A DNA stretch of 64,000 nt from a bacterium (GTDB taxonomy: Bacteria; UBA8248). The notes beneath the pieces were generated by a model. It saw nothing but the letters and a program-made list of their open reading frames with translations. It ran no database searches and had not been told where the DNA came from. Of the stretch, positions 59,743 through 64,000 are shown piece by piece (positions within the stretch are counted from its first letter, which is position 1; each line of letters starts with the position of its first letter). The position numbers were made by a program, and so were the translations under genes. The stretch is from NCBI GenBank assembly GCA_965219955.1, contig OZ244799.1:3552001-3616000 (forward strand). Reading direction: 5' to 3'.

Positions 59743-60615
59743 CTAACGGAAGAGTTCGATATCGGCTTCCGCTTCACCGTGATAGACGGCTTTCGCCTTG
59801 AGCAGGTCGTCGAGCACAAGTCGCTTGTCGCGCGGGTTTCTGAGCAGATAGGCCGGGTGATAGGTCGAGAGGCAGGGAATGCCCTGGTAGCGCCCGAACT
59901 TGCCCCTGAGCCTGCCGATGGGCGTCTTCGTCTGGAGAAGCCACTGCGCGGCGAATTTGCCCAAAGCCAGGATAAGCCTGGGCTGGATGACGGCGAGTTG
60001 CTTGTGGAGATACGGCTCGCAGCAGTCGATCTCGTCCGGCTCCGGGTTGCGGTTGCCCGGCGGTCGGCACTTCAGGATGTTGCAGATGTAGACCTCCTGG
60101 CGCGGGACCTCGATGACGTTTTCGATCATCTTGGTCAGCATCTGGCCCGCCCGTCCCACGAAGGGAATCCCCTCCGCGTCTTCGTTCGCTCCGGGCGCCT
60201 CGCCGACGATGACGAGGTTCGCCGCCGGGTTCCCCACGCCGAACACGAGGTTCGTCCGGCCCGGCCCCAGCTTGCACCGCAAACAGCCGTCCACGGCGGC
60301 TTCGAGTTCTGCGAGCGACATCTCCGCTTCCGGGTCGAAGGGAAGCGGCGACGGCTCGGGGCCGGGGTCTCTGCGCTTCGCCATGGGGGCCAGGGTGGGT
60401 GCGGGCGCAGGCGCTGCCTGGGGAATCAGGGCCTGCTGCTCGGGATTGGACGCGGCTGCGGGTTCAGGCGTCCGTGTGGGTGGATTTTGCGTGGGCAGCA
60501 CCGCCTCGGGAACCGTCTCCCGGGGAGTCCCCAGGCTCACGTAATCGACCCCTGCGGCGCGTTGGTTCCTCAGGTGCCCCAGTATTTCTCTGGCCAGCTC
60601 TGCGCGATGGTTCAT
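59743..60615 (-). CDS. Uracil-DNA glycosylase, family 4 (4Fe-4S)
   Basis: CLRCKL, VGEAPG, PFVGRAG, KCRPPGNR, TYHPAY; Pro/Ala-rich N-terminal linker. Confidence 0.93.
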   Translation of the reverse strand: MNHRAELAREILGHLRNQRAAGVDYVSLGTPRETVPEAVLPTQNPPTRTPEPAAASNPEQQALIPQAAPAPAPTLAPMAKRRDPGPEPSPLPFDPEAEMSLAELEAAVDGCLRCKLGPGRTNLVFGVGNPAANLVIVGEAPGANEDAEGIPFVGRAGQMLTKMIENVIEVPRQEVYICNILKCRPPGNRNPEPDEIDCCEPYLHKQLAVIQPRLILALGKFAAQWLLQTKTPIGRLRGKFGRYQGIPCLSTYHPAYLLRNPRDKRLVLDDLLKAKAVYHGEAEADIELFR

Positions 60616-60648
60616 CGTCTCGACCGGCGGGCGCGTCGGTAAAAGAAT

Positions 60649-61887
60649 TCAGGTGCTGATGTTTTGCCACATTTTGGCGAGTCGGTCGAGGATGCGGCCC
60701 GCCAGAATCCCTTTTTCGAGGACGGGGAGCGTTTCTGTCGCGTTTGAGTCGATGATCCAGGCGCGCGAGGCGTCAGCGCCCATCGCGTCCTCATCGCCCG
60801 AGACCCTGTTCGCCACGATGAAGTCCAGCCCCTTTCGTTCGCGTTTTTCCTTCGCGCGCTCTGTCACCTTGTCCGTTTCGGCGGCGAAGCCGATCAGGAT
60901 TCTGTCTCCCTTTTCGATGGAAAGCTCGGCGAGTATGTCCGTCGTCCGCTCGAGTTCGACCGCGAGGGGAGCGTCGCCTTTTTTGTGTTTTCGGGCCGAT
61001 GGGTCGACCGGGCGGTAGTCCGCCACGGCGGCGGCCATGACGAGGGCGTGCGCGTCCGCCCATTCGCTCTTCACCGCCTCATACATCTGGGCGGCCGATT
61101 CCACGCGCACGACGCGCACCCCCGGCGGGTCTGCGAGAGCGGCGGGGCCGCTCACGAGTACGGCGTCCGCCCCGCGTTTTGCGGCTTCTCCCGCCAGGGC
61201 GAAGCCCATCTTGCCGCTCGATCGGTTCGAGAGATAACGCACGGCGTCCCACTTCTCCCGCGTGGGTCCCGCGGTGACCACGATCTTCATGCCCGAAAGG
61301 TCCGGCTCGGGCAGCAGAATCCTGCGCGCGGCCAGCAGGATATCCCCCGGCTCGGGCATGCGCCCCCGGCCGAGGCCCTCCTCCGCGCGGGCCATGCGTC
61401 CCACGCCCGGCTCCATGACGACGTGGCCCCTCTCGCGCAGGGAGGATACGTTTTCCTGAAGGGCCGGGGAGGCCCACATGCGCGGGTTCATGGCGGGGGC
61501 GACGAGGGCGGGCGGCTTTGCGGAGAGCAGGAGCGTGGAGAGAAAATCATCCCCCACCCCTTGCGCGAATTTCCCGATGATGTTCGCCGTAGCCGGGGCG
61601 ATGATGATGAGGTCTGCGTCCTCCGTCAGGGAGATGTGCGGCATGTCGCCCGTGGATTTGCCCCCCTCGAGCGGGAACATTCTCCGGATGGGCGTTTGGC
61701 CCGTGAGCACCTCGAATGGCAGCGGCTGCACGAACGAGGCGGCGCTCTCGGTCAGCACCGTCTGAACCTCGGCGCCGTCGAGGGTGAGCAGGCGCGCCAG
61801 GTCGATCGATTTATACGAGGCGATACCGCCTGATACGCCGAGGACGGTTTTTTTGCCGCTGAGGGGGGCCGGGGCGTTTTCGCTCAC
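60649..61887 (-). CDS. coaBC: Phosphopantothenoylcysteine decarboxylase/ligase
   Basis: GGIASYK, APATAN, APAMN, TAGPTRE, NRSSGKMG, AAVADY, GFAAET. Confidence 0.96.
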   Translation of the reverse strand: MSENAPAPLSGKKTVLGVSGGIASYKSIDLARLLTLDGAEVQTVLTESAASFVQPLPFEVLTGQTPIRRMFPLEGGKSTGDMPHISLTEDADLIIIAPATANIIGKFAQGVGDDFLSTLLLSAKPPALVAPAMNPRMWASPALQENVSSLRERGHVVMEPGVGRMARAEEGLGRGRMPEPGDILLAARRILLPEPDLSGMKIVVTAGPTREKWDAVRYLSNRSSGKMGFALAGEAAKRGADAVLVSGPAALADPPGVRVVRVESAAQMYEAVKSEWADAHALVMAAAVADYRPVDPSARKHKKGDAPLAVELERTTDILAELSIEKGDRILIGFAAETDKVTERAKEKRERKGLDFIVANRVSGDEDAMGADASRAWIIDSNATETLPVLEKGILAGRILDRLAKMWQNIST

Positions 61888-62465
61888 GGGGAATCGACCT
61901 CCCCGCGATGCAAAAGGATAATTTTTTTGAGTTCGCAGAATGCGGCGTCCAGGTCGTCGTTGATGATGACGTGGTCGTAGCGATGGTTCTGCGCCATCTC
62001 TTCTTCGGCTCTCGAGAGCCGGTATTTGACGTCCTCGCCGGTCTCCGACGCCCGGTGCGCGAGGCGCTTGGCCAGCTCATCCAGTGAGGGCGGCATGACG
62101 AATACGAGGCTCGCTTCCGCTCGCTTCCGCTTGACCTGCAGGGCGCCCTGGACGTCCAGGTCCATGATGACGTCGTCTCCACCGGCCAGATGCGCGTCGA
62201 CCGCTTCGGCGGGCGTTCCGTAGCATTCCTCGAAAACCCGCGCCCATTCGAGAAATTCGTTTCTGGTGATCATCTCCTCGAAATCGGGTTTTTCCAGGAA
62301 AAAATAATGAATCCCGTCTTCTTCATAATCGCGCCTTGGGCGCGTCGTCGCGCTGATCGAGTGCCAGATATCGGGAAGTTCCCGGCATGTGCGGTCGATG
62401 AGCGTGGATTTTCCCGCCCCCGAGGGCGCCGAGAGAACGAAGAGATGGCCGCGGCTTCCCATCAT
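61884..62465 (-). CDS. gmk: Guanylate kinase
   Basis: SAPSGAGKST, SATTRPRR, FLEWA, YGT, DVQGA, PPS. Confidence 0.95.
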   Translation of the reverse strand: MMGSRGHLFVLSAPSGAGKSTLIDRTCRELPDIWHSISATTRPRRDYEEDGIHYFFLEKPDFEEMITRNEFLEWARVFEECYGTPAEAVDAHLAGGDDVIMDLDVQGALQVKRKRAEASLVFVMPPSLDELAKRLAHRASETGEDVKYRLSRAEEEMAQNHRYDHVIINDDLDAAFCELKKIILLHRGEVDSP

Positions 62466-63334
62466 TCCACGTTCTGTACTTGTTCGCGGATTTTCTCGAT
62501 GGCGCTTTTCACATCGACCGCGCTCTGGGTGAGGACGAGATCGATGGATTTCGACGAGATCGTGTTGGCCTCGCGGTTCATCTCCTGGGTGAGGAAATCG
62601 AGCTTGCGGCCGATGGGGCCTTCGCTCTCGAGCATCTCGCGAAACTGGACGACGTGGCTGTCGAGACGGCTGAGTTCCTCGCTGATGTCCCCGCGCTCGG
62701 CGGCGTAGATCATCTCCTGCTCGAGCCTCCCCTCGTCCACCTCGACGCCCTCTGCGAGTTCGAGAATCCGCTCGCGCATCCGCTCGGTGAGGAGCCTGCG
62801 CGCCTCGGGCAGGCGTTCGCGTATCTCTTCGCACCCCTCCTTCACTGCGGCGAGGTGATCGCGGATGTCTTTCGCGAGCGCATCCCCTTCTTTTTTGCGC
62901 ATCTCCCCCAAGGCGCCCAGCGCATCGCCGAGGGATTCCATCAGGACGGCCCGAATCTCGTCCTTGTCGGGTTCGGGCTCCGCGCTCTTGAGCAGGTCGC
63001 GGAAGCCGGTGAGTATCGAAAGGTCGACCTCGCCCGCGATTCCAAGCTCATCTTTCAGGGATTTCAGGCTGGCGAGAAGGGATTTCGCGGCTTCGGCGTC
63101 GATGGGGGATGCGTGGTTCCCCTCCTCGCCCGAGCGGATATAGATGTCGAAACGCCCGCGGGAGAAGCGCTTTTTCAGCGCCTCGCGCACCTCATTCTCG
63201 AGAGCGAGCGACCAGCGCGGGCCCCGGCAGGAGACCTCCAGATAGCGGTGGTTCACCGAGCGCGCCTCCACGCTTATGGAAGCCTCGCCCAGCGGCCTTT
63301 CTCCCGCGCCGTAACCCGTCATGCTGTCTATCAT
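62462..63334 (-). CDS. yicC: YicC/YloC family endoribonuclease
   Basis: SMTGYG, RSVNHR, DISEEL-RL-SH, GRKLDFL-QEMNREANTI-SK, IREQVQNVE. Confidence 0.95.
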   Translation of the reverse strand: MIDSMTGYGAGERPLGEASISVEARSVNHRYLEVSCRGPRWSLALENEVREALKKRFSRGRFDIYIRSGEEGNHASPIDAEAAKSLLASLKSLKDELGIAGEVDLSILTGFRDLLKSAEPEPDKDEIRAVLMESLGDALGALGEMRKKEGDALAKDIRDHLAAVKEGCEEIRERLPEARRLLTERMRERILELAEGVEVDEGRLEQEMIYAAERGDISEELSRLDSHVVQFREMLESEGPIGRKLDFLTQEMNREANTISSKSIDLVLTQSAVDVKSAIEKIREQVQNVE

Positions 63335-63379
63335 GTTCCGCCCCTTGATGCGTTGTTAACAGTCCACCGGAAAGAGTCT

Positions 63380-63408
63380 ACAATAATTTTCCGATCAGGG
63401 CCTGTCAA
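63380..63408 (-). promoter_or_regulatory. Putative sigma70 promoter of the yicC-gmk-coaBC operon
   Basis: TTGACA-N17-TATTGT. Confidence 0.55.
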
Positions 63409-63448
63409 TTTATGTAATCTCAGGGAAAACAGCGGATTCGGGTGGCAT

Positions 63449-64000
63449 ATGGATACTTTCGTACTTCAGGCGATAGCCGAGGAATTGAGCGGGGATCTTC
63501 TGGGCGCGCGCCTGGAGAGAATCACCCAGACCGACGCGCACACGGTCGTCCTTTTTTTTCCGGGCGCGAAAAAACGAAAGCGCGCCCTGCTCATGAGCAC
63601 GGACCCCGCGCACCCCCGCGTTCACCTGACGGCGGACCCGCCCCCGAGCCTGCCCGAAGCGCCCACCTTTTGCCGCGCGCTCAGGAAGCACTTGAGCGGC
63701 CTTCGCCTCACCCGCGCGGCGGCCGGAGAGTGGGAGCGCGTGCTCCAGTTCTCCTTCGAGCGGGGGGGCGGCTCCGGACGCGGCGATTCCTTCGCGCTCA
63801 TGGCGGAGGTGATGGGCCGCTGGAGCAACCTCGTGCTCCTGAGCGGCGCGACGGGCGAGATACTCGAAGCCAGGAGATTCGTCCCGCCCGGTCCCCACAC
63901 CCCGAGGCCTCTGGAGAGAGGGGGCGGGTACCGGCTGCCGCCCGAACAGAAAAAGGTGAATCCGGGAGCGCTCACGAGAGAAGTCCTCAAAGAGATGATG
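63449..64000 (+). CDS. NFACT/RqcH (FbpA-like) protein, 5' part; runs off the window
   Basis: My translation: MDTFVLQAIAEEL...RLERITQ...HPRVHL...PTFCRALRKHL...ERVL...EVMGRWSNLVL. Confidence 0.85.
   Translation, partial: MDTFVLQAIAEELSGDLLGARLERITQTDAHTVVLFFPGAKKRKRALLMSTDPAHPRVHLTADPPPSLPEAPTFCRALRKHLSGLRLTRAAAGEWERVLQFSFERGGGSGRGDSFALMAEVMGRWSNLVLLSGATGEILEARRFVPPGPHTPRPLERGGGYRLPPEQKKVNPGALTREVLKEMM

Noticed and set aside
62466-62834. Long N-terminal extension of gmk in the ORF track
   Set aside because: Overlaps yicC in another frame; the real start is at about 62465.

Overview
Bacterial chromosomal window with GC-rich flanks (about 1.4-7.6 kb and 52-64 kb) and a visibly lower-GC interior of about 44 kb. 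The organism is not identifiable from sequence alone. It carries housekeeping genes (purE, tsaC/sua5-like, orphan dnaN, nadA-nadC, tupABC, rarA, divergent pyrF, coaBC, gmk, yicC, NFACT) and many catabolic or redox genes. Main points: (1) two genes that the ORF track shows as broken are selenoprotein candidates, with in-frame UGA at a redox or catalytic position and a SECIS-like hairpin right downstream: a UGSC-type protein (GG-U-GSC-TLC, similar to the GrdB/PrdB motif) and an O6-alkylguanine DNA alkyltransferase with P-U-H-R in place of PCHR; (2) four diverged tandem paralogs of an uncharacterised ~340-aa protein lie on the same strand near the UGSC gene, suggesting a modular selenium-dependent enzyme system; (3) a complete IS1380 sits exactly at a stop codon; (4) 218-bp inverted repeats of about 95% identity bracket the low-GC interior; (5) a MITE family carries nested REP-like palindromes; (6) two membrane-anchored coiled-coil repeat paralogs. 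No rRNA, complete tRNA or CRISPR array was seen. All function calls come from motif recognition by eye, without database searches.
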